Shown piece after piece: positions 49,532 to 58,821 of a stretch of DNA of 64,000 bases (its first letter is position 1; the number at the start of each line of letters is the position of its first letter). Made by a program: the position numbers and the translations under genes. The notes under the pieces were generated by a model. That model was not told where the DNA came from and searched no databases. It saw nothing but the letters and a program-made list of their open reading frames with translations. Source of the stretch: a virus; IMG/VR virus record IMGVR_UViG_3300023179_000038, positions 32,001-96,000 of that record, one strand, 5' to 3'.

Positions 49532-51562
49532 TTAGTATAATTTTATCTCACAAGCGTCTGTACTGCAATAGGCTTCACCTTGTGCTTCTAGATTTTCTAC
49601 TCCATCATAGATGGCAGACCAGTCAATCTTTGCAATTTTGCCTACGTAAGAATTGTACTCTTCTCTTGTAATATTGTTATATGGTTGTTGTGGAAATGTT
49701 TCATTGCCCATTGGCAAAAATGAAACAGCCTTTAATTCGCCCTCATAAAGATGAAGTGCTGGAGCCACATGTTTTTTTTCTGTTTCTTTATCAAATGATA
49801 GAGTTACAGATACTCCATTATCAGACCAGTATTTTTGAGCGGTAGCAGCCAAACCAATCTTTTCAAAAAGACTTACATCTTTTTCAGAACGTGGATGTTC
49901 AGATGCTACTGGAAAATATACTACTGAAGTATTGGCAGACACTAAGTCTGCTTCTACTTTATACCCTGCTGCTTTGAATAAATGAAGCATTGGATCTGTA
50001 TTTCCAAACCTTATGGCACGTAGATAAAATGCCCCTCCTGGACCCCAGTGAACTCCTGGTGTTGCACCAGAAAGTAGTGAAACGGATCCTGAAGGTTTGA
50101 CAGTAGTTACACGAATTGATTCACGTACACACAGCCACTCAGAGTATGAGTGATCGTATGCTTTAATTTTTTTATACCCTTCGTCCATCCATTCACGAAC
50201 TGCTGGCATGCCTTTTGTATCTGCAAAAGATGCAATACCAGTTAAAGATGTTCCAATACGACGATTACGTTGCATAATACCATTTGTGGTTTGCCAATGT
50301 GTTGGCATCAGGGTTACAGTCTTTCCATATAAATACGCAAACTTTAGTGTACGAAGAAAATCTTCTTTATCTTCATGACGGTTTAAGTGAACCTCTACTA
50401 ACGTACATAGTTCGTATGATTCTAATGGTTGTTCTGCACATGGATTAAAGCCCATTACACGATAATCTTTTCCATCTGGTGCATCTGCAAGTCTTCCATA
50501 GTTACGAGCAACGTCAAGCCAAATAAATCCTGGCTCTCCATTATCTGCAATTAAATCAACATAGTCTTCATAGTTTGTTCCAACTTCTGCAGCAATAGAG
50601 TTATTGGACATCCAAGCCCACCCTGGATTTTTTGGATCATAAGAATTACGTTCTGGAAAAACCTCTGCATTTTTTAAATTACTAAAATCTTTGTCATCTG
50701 CATCTCCTAAAGCAAGAGTGGCAGAACGACGAACATTTCCTGAAACTACGCAGGTACCAATAAGATTAACAATATCTACTATTGCACGAGAGTCAAATTT
50801 GTCCCCTGCCCTAGATCCTATAATTTTTGTAATACGGTTGTGTAAGTCCATTAATGGCTCTGGACCACTGGCTACCCCACCAAAACCCTTAATAGGTGCT
50901 CCTAGAGGCCTTATAAAGTCATACGTGAACTGTTGTATAGGTTGGTTTGGACGCAGGTATGAATTAATTAATAATCTTACAGACTCAACCCAACCCTCTC
51001 TAGTATCAGGAATTTCATATATTGAGGGTGGCTCTGTTGGCGCATAGATTAACATTTCTTTCTCTTGTCCAAGGGTATCAAACCCTACCCCTATGCCTAG
51101 CATTAATGCATCCATTACCCAGGCAAACAATGCCCCTGGATCATTACGATCAATGTCACGAGTAGAAACCATTGCACAATTTTGTAAAGCAGCAGAGTTG
51201 CGTTTTTCCATTGTCATAGGAGTACCAAAAGCCCATAAGCCACGACCAGGGGGAGTCCATTTTAAATTAAACATTCGATCAAATGCTTCTTGTGCAGATT
51301 TTTGTGCCTTATAGTCGTTCCAAGGTAAACGATTTTCTTTAGCATGATTTTTTTGAACAGAATACATTCCTTCAATTACACGTTTGCAAACTTCATACCA
51401 TCTTTCTTTAGTATTGTCTTCTTTCATGCGAGAATATGTTCTAATAAAAGTAATCTCTCCCAAAGAATTACTAGCAGCATCTTTAAATCCGAAGGGCGCT
51501 TCAAGTTTTTTATAACTCTCTATAAAATCTAATGATAATTTAAAAGAAAAAAAGTCTGACAT
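49532..51562 (-). CDS. nrdJ: Class II (adenosylcobalamin-dependent) ribonucleotide reductase
   Basis: RTYSR, PPGRGLW, NCAMV, GNVRRSA, NPCAEQ, TTVKPSG, C-terminal CSTDAC. Confidence 0.95.
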   Translation of the reverse strand: MSDFFSFKLSLDFIESYKKLEAPFGFKDAASNSLGEITFIRTYSRMKEDNTKERWYEVCKRVIEGMYSVQKNHAKENRLPWNDYKAQKSAQEAFDRMFNLKWTPPGRGLWAFGTPMTMEKRNSAALQNCAMVSTRDIDRNDPGALFAWVMDALMLGIGVGFDTLGQEKEMLIYAPTEPPSIYEIPDTREGWVESVRLLINSYLRPNQPIQQFTYDFIRPLGAPIKGFGGVASGPEPLMDLHNRITKIIGSRAGDKFDSRAIVDIVNLIGTCVVSGNVRRSATLALGDADDKDFSNLKNAEVFPERNSYDPKNPGWAWMSNNSIAAEVGTNYEDYVDLIADNGEPGFIWLDVARNYGRLADAPDGKDYRVMGFNPCAEQPLESYELCTLVEVHLNRHEDKEDFLRTLKFAYLYGKTVTLMPTHWQTTNGIMQRNRRIGTSLTGIASFADTKGMPAVREWMDEGYKKIKAYDHSYSEWLCVRESIRVTTVKPSGSVSLLSGATPGVHWGPGGAFYLRAIRFGNTDPMLHLFKAAGYKVEADLVSANTSVVYFPVASEHPRSEKDVSLFEKIGLAATAQKYWSDNGVSVTLSFDKETEKKHVAPALHLYEGELKAVSFLPMGNETFPQQPYNNITREEYNSYVGKIAKIDWSAIYDGVENLEAQGEAYCSTDACEIKLY

Positions 51563-51611
51563 ATGCATAATCTCCTATTGTTTTGAATAACTAATTATAG
51601 CAGAGTTTTCA

Positions 51612-51649
51612 AAAAAGAAAAACTCTACCTAAAGTTATAGTATAGAGTT
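51612..51649 (-). terminator. Possible terminator
   Basis: AACTCTA...TAGAGTT inverted repeat followed by TTTCTTTTTT on the minus strand. Confidence 0.45.
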
Positions 51650-52154
51650 ATTTAGATTCTAAAACAATCTGTCTTAATTTTGATATTAGGGCTTCAATAT
51701 TATTAATATGAAGTTTATAAAATTCATATTTTGTGTTTTGAACTTGGTCCAACTCATTTGCATATAAAATTTCTAGTAAAGATAATTGTTTTTGTGGATC
51801 TAAATTCATGGAGTTTTTTAAAATAATTTCATTTCGATCTTTTAATGAAAAATAATATACAAGTTCTTCTGCATCTTTACCTATATAAAGAATCACATCT
51901 TCTTTGTTAATTTTATCCTTTAAATTAAATTTTTCAGTACCATAGCAAGAATGATAAAGTCCAGCCAGACATGTTTTCTCTGAAGCACCCATACTTTTTA
52001 ATAAAAAGAAAACATTGTATAGGTGTGCAAAAAGAGAACCCCTTAAGTGAGGAATATGTTTTATTTTATCAAAAAGGTATTTAACTGCTAATACTTCTTT
52101 TTCTGTAAATTTAATTTCTTTTTCTGTAAAGTTAATCATTATTAATTTATCCAA
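51648..52154 (-). CDS. DUF6817-like HD-related protein
   Basis: HLRGSLFAHL...CLAGLYHSCYGT...IGKDAEELVY. Confidence 0.65.
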   Translation of the reverse strand: MDKLIMINFTEKEIKFTEKEVLAVKYLFDKIKHIPHLRGSLFAHLYNVFFLLKSMGASEKTCLAGLYHSCYGTEKFNLKDKINKEDVILYIGKDAEELVYYFSLKDRNEIILKNSMNLDPQKQLSLLEILYANELDQVQNTKYEFYKLHINNIEALISKLRQIVLESK

Positions 52155-52157
52155 AAA

Positions 52158-52904
52158 TTATCTATAAGATTTTTTGTGCCAAAAAAATCTTTTATACCCA
52201 GAGTTAAATACACTTCTTATATTTGCTGTTATATTTTTAACTTGAGAAACTTTTTCTTGTGTTTCTATATATTCTGATTCGTATTCTTCTCTCTTAAATG
52301 GGATTATTTGCAATAAAGGTGTTCCTTTTGAAACAACGCCTTTAAAATTCTTTTTTACTAAAAAAGACATTAAACCATTAGATGGATAGGTATCAGTATC
52401 AATTATTGCAGATATTGTAAATAATGGAGAAACTTCTTGATGTTGTGGTTGTATAAAGAGTGTGCTATATCCAGGATCGGTTTCAACAGCCCAAATAACA
52501 TTTACTCTAAATAAATACTCAATGTATTGGTCTTTGTCAAATGGATATCCAGTAACTTGTTTAATATCATGATTTCCAATTAAAGCCTTGTTTCCAAGAC
52601 TAACAAACGTTTTCATTACTTCGGGAATATCAAAGTGTGGATTATCTCCAGTTGTATCTATATATATATCAAACGGTGCCTTTATTATATACCCACTTGA
52701 AAGCATATCTAAAAATGCAATACATCTTTTAACAGTTATTTGCTGATGACCATTTACTGGTGTTGTATCGTTATTATAAAAACTTTCAAGTTTTTTATAC
52801 CAAATTGGTATATTTTTTGAAGCAGGTTCTGGAGCAGGAAAAACATTTTTTATTTTTGGAAAAGTGTTAATAAACCTAACTACTGAAGGCCTGTTTTTTT
52901 TCAT
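52158..52904 (-). CDS. DUF6065-like phage protein
   Basis: TVKRCIAFLDMLSSGYII...IIDTD...KGTPLLQIIPFKR. Confidence 0.5.
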   Translation of the reverse strand: MKKNRPSVVRFINTFPKIKNVFPAPEPASKNIPIWYKKLESFYNNDTTPVNGHQQITVKRCIAFLDMLSSGYIIKAPFDIYIDTTGDNPHFDIPEVMKTFVSLGNKALIGNHDIKQVTGYPFDKDQYIEYLFRVNVIWAVETDPGYSTLFIQPQHQEVSPLFTISAIIDTDTYPSNGLMSFLVKKNFKGVVSKGTPLLQIIPFKREEYESEYIETQEKVSQVKNITANIRSVFNSGYKRFFWHKKSYR

Positions 52905-52948
52905 ATTAACAGTATATCACAATAACTAAATTGGATAAATATGTTATA

Positions 52949-54118
52949 TTAAGCAGGAGTACTTGGAGTAAAGTCTTTTACAAGCATTTTCTTAGTAAAG
53001 AAGTTATCATATGGCTCGCAGTTTATAGCAACTTTTTGCATATATAATTCTACAGCCTCAACAAGTTCAATATCAACAAATGCATTGTCTTCAAATGAAT
53101 ATCTTTGATATGTTGTATCTATTTGTGATGATTGAATAAACTTTACAACGCCATCTTTTTTAGTTAAAATCCAGTGTGTATTAGAAAACATATCTCCATC
53201 AATGTATACGAAGTCTGTTTCTGTTTGAATACCAATCCATGTAATTGTAGTTTCAACAACATTTAAATCTGATACATTTACGTTTGAAGGAAGTGTCCAA
53301 TTTTGCCAATATGCTGCAGAGTTATCATTAGACTCATCTCCAAGATCTAAGGCTAAAAGTTTATCTCCAACTTGAAGTTGACCAGCAGGCTTTGTTGCTT
53401 GTGGTTCACCTGCAACTGTTGATAAAAGAACTTCTGTATTTATGTTTAGTGACCAGTCAAAGCCAAATGCACCAAAAGCACCAAATGCACCAAAAGCACC
53501 GAAAGGTGCAAAGGAAAATGTTGTAGTTACGTTGTTTGAGTTTGAAGATGTTCCAGAGTTTCCATTGGCATTAGTTGCACGAACGTTATATGACTGTGCA
53601 GTTCCTTGCTCTTGTCCAACGTCAACAGATGTTGATGATGTATTTCCAGATTTACCATCTGTTGATTGCCAGAAATAATTAGTTATTGCGCTACCACCGT
53701 TATTTGGCGCTGACCAAGAAATTCTGTCAACTCCAGCAGATGGTGATGATGCTGAAGGCGCTGAAGGTGTTTGTGGTACGGTTGTTGCAGTAATGCTATT
53801 AGACGCAGCAGATGCTGGAGAGTTTCCAACTGCATTTGTTGCTACAACTGTAAATGTGTATGCTGTGCCTGATTGTAGACCAGTTACAGATATAGGAGAT
53901 GATGCTCCTGAAGCAGTATATGATCCTGGAGAGGATGTTACTGTATAAGATGTAGCAGCAGGGCCTGATGAATCATGTGTAAAGGTTACATCTGCTCGTC
54001 CATTATTAAATGCACGTCCCGATCCAACATTTGTTGCTGATACTGAAGTTGGTGCCTTTGGCTCCAAAAAGTCATTTGATGCTTGGGACTTTTTACCTGA
54101 TTTTTTACCTGCTGCCAT
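52949..54118 (-). CDS. Two-FN3-domain protein with (FGA)n repeat and C-terminal Hint domain
   Basis: FN3 motifs (VTGLQSGTAYTFTVVATN; WSAPNNGGSAITNY); Hint blocks SLNINTEV..L.VGD, SNTH, NFF...LVKD. Confidence 0.8.
   Translation of the reverse strand: MAAGKKSGKKSQASNDFLEPKAPTSVSATNVGSGRAFNNGRADVTFTHDSSGPAATSYTVTSSPGSYTASGASSPISVTGLQSGTAYTFTVVATNAVGNSPASAASNSITATTVPQTPSAPSASSPSAGVDRISWSAPNNGGSAITNYFWQSTDGKSGNTSSTSVDVGQEQGTAQSYNVRATNANGNSGTSSNSNNVTTTFSFAPFGAFGAFGAFGAFGFDWSLNINTEVLLSTVAGEPQATKPAGQLQVGDKLLALDLGDESNDNSAAYWQNWTLPSNVNVSDLNVVETTITWIGIQTETDFVYIDGDMFSNTHWILTKKDGVVKFIQSSQIDTTYQRYSFEDNAFVDIELVEAVELYMQKVAINCEPYDNFFTKKMLVKDFTPSTPA
53460..53504 (-). repeat. 9-bp tandem repeat encoding (FGA)4-FG
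   Basis: Alternating ACCAAATGC/ACCAAAAGC units on the plus strand. Confidence 0.85.
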
Positions 54119-54150
54119 TTTGAATCTCCTTTTTCCTACTTAGTTTTTTA

Positions 54151-55500
54151 TTAAGCCATTAAGTCGCCGTATACAACCCATGTGTTTTCTGCTCTCTTGA
54201 AAAGAGTTGCAGATGACCATTGAGTGCGTAACTTTAAGCCTGGTGTAGCATTAACTGTAACTCCAGCAGATGCTGCAATTGTAACCTGTCCAGTTGAAGT
54301 TTGAAGAATATCAATAGATGTTCCTACTGGATATGCTACTGCAGAGTTTGCAGGAATTGTAATTGTAGTTGCAGATGATGAAGCAACTTCAATCAAAGAA
54401 TCTCTTTCAGTAAGTGATGAAAGTGTATATGAAGCAGATTTTTGAATAATTGGTGTTCTAGATGGTACACCTTCTTTAGATTGAGTTCCATCTGTAAAGG
54501 CTACTCCAGATGCTGCAACTGTTACAAGACCTGTAAATGTTGGAGTATTGATTGGTGCTTTTGCAGCAAGTCCATTAGTAACTGTTGTTGCAAAGTTTGC
54601 ATCGTCACCAAGTGCTGCTGCAAGTTCATCAAGAGTATTAAGTGCTGCTGGGGCAGATGCGATTACTGCATTTACCTGAGATGTTGCATCTGCAATAGCC
54701 TCTGACTTAGCAGTTGCGATTGCTGCAGCCTGTGCTGTAGATACTGGCTTGTTTGCATCTGATGTATTGTCAACATTTCCAAGTCCTACTGAAGACTTTG
54801 TAAGTGCTGCTACTGCAGTTGCAATCTTTGAGTCTGCTGCTGTTCCTGCTGCTGTAACTGCATCTGTTTCTGCTGTATCTACATAAGACATTGTTGCAAG
54901 AAGCGATGTATTTGCAATTCCATGAACATTTGTTGTTTGTGAATTGTGTGTTGAAATCTTTGTATCTGCTGCTGTTCCTGCTGCTGTAATTGCTGCTGTT
55001 TCAGCATCTGAAGCCTTTCCATCAGTATAAACTTTTGTTGCAAGAAGTGCTGTGTCGGCAATTCCATGAACATTTATTGTTGCTGCTGTGTGGTCAGATA
55101 ATTGAGTTAAACTAGCCTTTTGTGATAGGGCAACCAGCATGGTTGATGCAAATGTTGCGTCATCTTCAATTGCTGCTGCTAACTCATTAAGTGTATCTAA
55201 TGCTCCTGGAGCACCATCAATTAGGTTTCCTAATTGTGATAAAGGAACTCTTCCTTGTGCGTCAAGTGATGCTACACCGTTTACTTGTCCCTTTGTGTCT
55301 ACTGGAACATAGTCATCTAGGGATCCGCCAAGATCTTCTAAATTTTTAAAATATGATAAATCTTCCCAATGGTTAATTCCATCACCAATTTTAAATTGTC
55401 CAGTATCAGATTCAAATCCGATTTCTCCTGCTGCCAAAATTGGGTCTGCTGCAGTCCATTGTGCTGCGGTTCCTCTGCGCTGTTGCATTCTTGTTGCCAT
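54151..55500 (-). CDS. Fibre protein with Mtd-N/hyaluronidase-type N-terminus
   Basis: RRGTAAQW...GEIGFESDTGQFKIGDG; two TL.ELAAA motifs; NVHGIA repeats; VGLGNVDNTSD; WVVYGDL C-terminus. Confidence 0.78.
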   Translation of the reverse strand: MATRMQQRRGTAAQWTAADPILAAGEIGFESDTGQFKIGDGINHWEDLSYFKNLEDLGGSLDDYVPVDTKGQVNGVASLDAQGRVPLSQLGNLIDGAPGALDTLNELAAAIEDDATFASTMLVALSQKASLTQLSDHTAATINVHGIADTALLATKVYTDGKASDAETAAITAAGTAADTKISTHNSQTTNVHGIANTSLLATMSYVDTAETDAVTAAGTAADSKIATAVAALTKSSVGLGNVDNTSDANKPVSTAQAAAIATAKSEAIADATSQVNAVIASAPAALNTLDELAAALGDDANFATTVTNGLAAKAPINTPTFTGLVTVAASGVAFTDGTQSKEGVPSRTPIIQKSASYTLSSLTERDSLIEVASSSATTITIPANSAVAYPVGTSIDILQTSTGQVTIAASAGVTVNATPGLKLRTQWSSATLFKRAENTWVVYGDLMA

Positions 55501-55549
55501 GTTTTATATCTCCTTGTGGGTTCTTCCCGTTATATTATAACATCAATTT

Positions 55550-56011
55550 TTAATTGAAGTTATCGATTGCAAATCCACCATCCCATGTTATTGTCCATGC
55601 ATTAGTGTTGTAACTTCCAGCATCAACTGGTGTAGAACTTGCGTCATTATAGTAGCCAGCATCTTGATATTGACTTACTATAAAACCAGTTCCATCAATT
55701 GCAGTATCATGAATGTGCTGTGGTAAATCAATTGTGTCATTCATTGTTGCAAGAGTAACCCATTGATTGTCAGCAAAAAACGAAATTCTTCCAGTTAACG
55801 AATCAAGATATAATTGTCCACTTACTGCAGATTCTGGTGCGCTTTCATATGAAGAAATTGCAAAATTGGCTAAAGAATCATCTACGTATAATTTAGTAGC
55901 AGCGTGTGTGTCAATTGTTGGAGATCCAACAACTACCGCACCTCCAAAACTACCAGTTCCATTAACCTGTAGTCCATTTTTTACTCTAAAGTCTTTGTTG
56001 ACTGTAGCCAT
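55550..56011 (-). CDS. Fibre adaptor/structural protein
   Basis: KDFRVKNGL N-terminus, HAATKLYVD, C-terminal DAG/DGG motifs. Confidence 0.6.
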   Translation of the reverse strand: MATVNKDFRVKNGLQVNGTGSFGGAVVVGSPTIDTHAATKLYVDDSLANFAISSYESAPESAVSGQLYLDSLTGRISFFADNQWVTLATMNDTIDLPQHIHDTAIDGTGFIVSQYQDAGYYNDASSTPVDAGSYNTNAWTITWDGGFAIDNFN

Positions 56012-56029
56012 TTAACATCTTCTCCTTTA

Positions 56030-57679
56030 TTAGTCACCGTATGCAAGCAACATGCCAGATACGATAACCTCTGTTGAATTATTTTGTGCATTTACCTTTA
56101 ATGAGTACGATCCATTTGAAAATTCTGCGGTAACATCCCCAAGAATTCCATTTGTATGTACTATTGCATATTCTGTAATTGCTACATTACCAGCGTCATC
56201 CTTAGTTACTAGAACTTCGGAAACTTGTGAGTGCTGTCCTTCACGAACTCTCACAAGAAACTTTGCTGCAGGGAATGAATTTCCATTCCAAGTATAAACA
56301 GTTGATACACCTGAGTTTGCAATAAATGTGTATGTACCAACTTGCTTTGTTGCCCAGGTAAAATTTATCTCCTGATATGTTGGAGAAGCATTTGCGTTAC
56401 CTGCTGCAATTGCGTCATTGATATTTCCACCTACAGCATCAATTGCTCTTTGATTTGTAAAGTATAAATTTGATCCTTCAGAAATATCATCTGTATCAAG
56501 TGCCTCAATTGTTGAATTAACACCAGATATGGCATTAGCAATATCTGTTGCTACTGCATCTTGTGCACGTTGATCTGTAAAGTATTTGTTTAAACCTTCT
56601 GCAACATCATCTGTATCAAGATCATCAATACGAGTGTTTGTTGCTGAATCAAGACCGTCTGCATAAGACTGTGCTGCTGCTTGTGCTGCCGAAGCAGAGC
56701 CTGCTGCATCGTAATTTACAGCAAGACCGTCAGCGTAATCTTCTGCTGCTGTCTGAGCATTATTTGCTGCAGTTGTAGCGAATGATTCTGCGTTAGACTG
56801 TGCTGTATTTGCATAGCCTTGTGCTGCTGTATCAAGATCAGAAATTTCTGAATCTACATAAGATGTATCAGCCTTTGTTGCAACCAAGTTAGCAACATCT
56901 GTTGCATAGTTTGGATTGTCAGCAATTGCTGCTGCTAACTCATTTAATGTATTAAGAAGATCAGGAGCAGAATCTACAAGACCTGCAACTGCGCCATCTG
57001 TGTATGTGTTAGAAGAGGCAATGGCTGCTGCTTGTGCAGCGTTAGCCTTTGTAGTGGCATCTGCTGATGCAGTTGCCTCTGCTGCTGCTTGTGCAGCGTT
57101 AGCCTTTGTAGTAGCATCTGCTGATGCAGTTGCCTCTGCTGCTGCTTGTGCAGCGTTAGCCTTTGTAGTGGCATCTGCTGATGCAGTTGCCTCTGCTGCT
57201 GCTTGTGCAGCGTTAGCCTTTGTAGTAGCATCTGTTGCTGCATCTGAAATTGCTTCTGCCTTAGCGGTAGCAACTTCTGCATCTGTAGCAAAATCTGCAT
57301 CAAGACTTGTTGAAATTTGTACATTTTGTGTACCATCAAAAGATACAGAACCTGTTATATCTCCTGTTAATTCAATTGTACGAGCAGTTTGAAGTGCTGT
57401 TGCGGTATCTGCATTACCAGTTAAATCACCAGTTACATCACCAGTTACATTTCCACTTAAATTAGCAGTAATGGTTCCAGCAGAAAAGTTTCCATCTGCA
57501 TTACGTTTTACAATTGTGCTTGGTGTATTTTGATCTGTTGCTGTTCCACCAATAAGACTTACAATGTAGTCTTGGTCTGCTTGTTTCTTTGTAAGAATGT
57601 CATTACCAGCGACGGTTGCTTCTGCACCTTCAACGATAAGACCTTGCTTTATTTTAAAGTTTTTGGTTATTGTTGCCAT
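56030..57679 (-). CDS. Long coiled-coil fibre protein
   Basis: GNADTATAL, LNTLNELAAAI, TDD..EG.N.YFT repeats, 19-aa repeats; start at MATITK after AAGGAG. Confidence 0.75.
   Translation of the reverse strand: MATITKNFKIKQGLIVEGAEATVAGNDILTKKQADQDYIVSLIGGTATDQNTPSTIVKRNADGNFSAGTITANLSGNVTGDVTGDLTGNADTATALQTARTIELTGDITGSVSFDGTQNVQISTSLDADFATDAEVATAKAEAISDAATDATTKANAAQAAAEATASADATTKANAAQAAAEATASADATTKANAAQAAAEATASADATTKANAAQAAAIASSNTYTDGAVAGLVDSAPDLLNTLNELAAAIADNPNYATDVANLVATKADTSYVDSEISDLDTAAQGYANTAQSNAESFATTAANNAQTAAEDYADGLAVNYDAAGSASAAQAAAQSYADGLDSATNTRIDDLDTDDVAEGLNKYFTDQRAQDAVATDIANAISGVNSTIEALDTDDISEGSNLYFTNQRAIDAVGGNINDAIAAGNANASPTYQEINFTWATKQVGTYTFIANSGVSTVYTWNGNSFPAAKFLVRVREGQHSQVSEVLVTKDDAGNVAITEYAIVHTNGILGDVTAEFSNGSYSLKVNAQNNSTEVIVSGMLLAYGD
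57024..57234. repeat. 57-bp tandem repeat, about 3.7 copies (ADATTKANAAQAAAEATAS)
   Basis: Copies start at 57024, 57081, 57138, 57195; near-identical. Confidence 0.93.
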
Positions 57680-57695
57680 TTTTTTTATCTCCTTT

Positions 57696-58142
57696 TTATG
57701 CCTTAAGTCCAATACGTGCAAAACGTGCTGTGACTGGCGTAATTGCAGGATCTGGAGTGACTGTTAAGGTCACGGTATTTCCAGCCCGTGAGACGCTAAT
57801 GGTGCCAATATTCCCATCGTTGTCTATAGTTCCATATTCGCTGACGTTAATGTTTGATCCGTCAACTAAAATTGTTATTTCTGTAGCATAAAACTTATTA
57901 TTACCTGCCGATGTCATAGACAAAGAAACAATATATTTAATCATGCGCCAATCTGATGCATTGAAATTATCTATTATTGTTGCGTTTTCTATTCCATTGA
58001 CTGTATTTTCGTTATTGCCTGCTGTTCCAAGATCTGTTGCTTGTGAAGTAGCAGAGTCAATTAAATCTTCATAATCTTCCTGTGTAGGACGATCACCAGT
58101 TTGAAATTTTTCTTTTACTAGGGGTATTGATATTCTTGACAT
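57696..58142 (-). CDS. Structural protein sharing its C-terminal domain with 56030..57679
   Basis: FQTGDRPTQEDYEDLID N-terminus; KYIV...EI...SEYGTI domain. Confidence 0.6.
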   Translation of the reverse strand: MSRISIPLVKEKFQTGDRPTQEDYEDLIDSATSQATDLGTAGNNENTVNGIENATIIDNFNASDWRMIKYIVSLSMTSAGNNKFYATEITILVDGSNINVSEYGTIDNDGNIGTISVSRAGNTVTLTVTPDPAITPVTARFARIGLKA

Positions 58143-58172
58143 GGTTATATTATAACCTCCATTTTTAAATTA

Positions 58173-58397
58173 TTAAAGAATATAGTTGCTAAACCCAATT
58201 ATTGCTATACCAATTGGTGCAGGATTTGAACTACTATATCCTTCAATTCTAATGTTTTTAAACTTTACCCTAAAAGGCAAGGTTTCATTTATTTTAACTT
58301 CTCTAGTTTTGTTTTTTAAATTAATTATTGCATACGATTTGGAGTCAATTTTTTTAATTTTATTGGTATTGTTGTATAACAAAGTTGCTGATGCCAT
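58173..58397 (-). CDS. Small hypothetical protein
   Basis: Coupled (TAATG); ends PAPIGIAIIGFSNYIL. Confidence 0.55.
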   Translation of the reverse strand: MASATLLYNNTNKIKKIDSKSYAIINLKNKTREVKINETLPFRVKFKNIRIEGYSSSNPAPIGIAIIGFSNYIL

Positions 58398-58801
58398 TAA
58401 TCAGTTACATCCTCAAGAATTATCATGCTACCTTGTGCAACAGTCCATACATTTGTTTGTCCAGCATTTGTTAGTTGTATATCAAATATGTCTCCAGTTT
58501 CAAGTATTTGAGACTCTGACGAAGTAAGGGATACTGTAAACTCTCCTAAAAGATCATCAGCATCTGCTTCTGGTACTAGGGTTAAAACTAAAACAGCGTC
58601 ATCAGAAATAACACCAGGATTAGAATTAGGTCTTTTAATTTTTATTAAAATATCCCAATCAGGAATAACAAGAGGTTCTTTTTCATCATCTGTAACATAT
58701 ACCTTGAATGATGCTGTATCTCCACGAACTACCGTCCAATTAATTGTTGGAGGTTTGTTTCCTATATCATATGATGATGCTGATCCACGCAGAGTTGCCA
58801 T
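58397..58801 (-). CDS. BppU-N-like adaptor protein
   Basis: VVRGDTASF...FDIQL...WTVAQG...EDVT pattern. Confidence 0.55.
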   Translation of the reverse strand: MATLRGSASSYDIGNKPPTINWTVVRGDTASFKVYVTDDEKEPLVIPDWDILIKIKRPNSNPGVISDDAVLVLTLVPEADADDLLGEFTVSLTSSESQILETGDIFDIQLTNAGQTNVWTVAQGSMIILEDVTD

Positions 58802-58821
58802 AATATTAGATTATACCATAA

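Noticed and set aside
9086-51568. Inteins or introns in RecA, DnaE, DnaB or NrdJ
   Set aside because: Lengths and motif spacing look ordinary; no Hint or homing-endonuclease blocks seen in them
51563-51647. Cobalamin riboswitch upstream of nrdJ
   Set aside because: Intergenic space is about 80 nt, AT-rich and filled by a terminator, -10 box and RBS; no B12 box visible
52949-53452. Canonical splicing intein
   Set aside because: Lacks the terminal His-Asn and a +1 nucleophile, and has only a 7-aa tail; treated as a Hint autoprocessing-type domain
54151-55500. Diversity-generating retroelement suggested by the Mtd-like N-terminus
   Set aside because: Only the generic N-terminal anchor matches; no reverse transcriptase or TR/VR repeat pair was seen
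57024-57234. CRISPR-like array
   Set aside because: Head-to-tail in-frame coding repeats with no unique spacers
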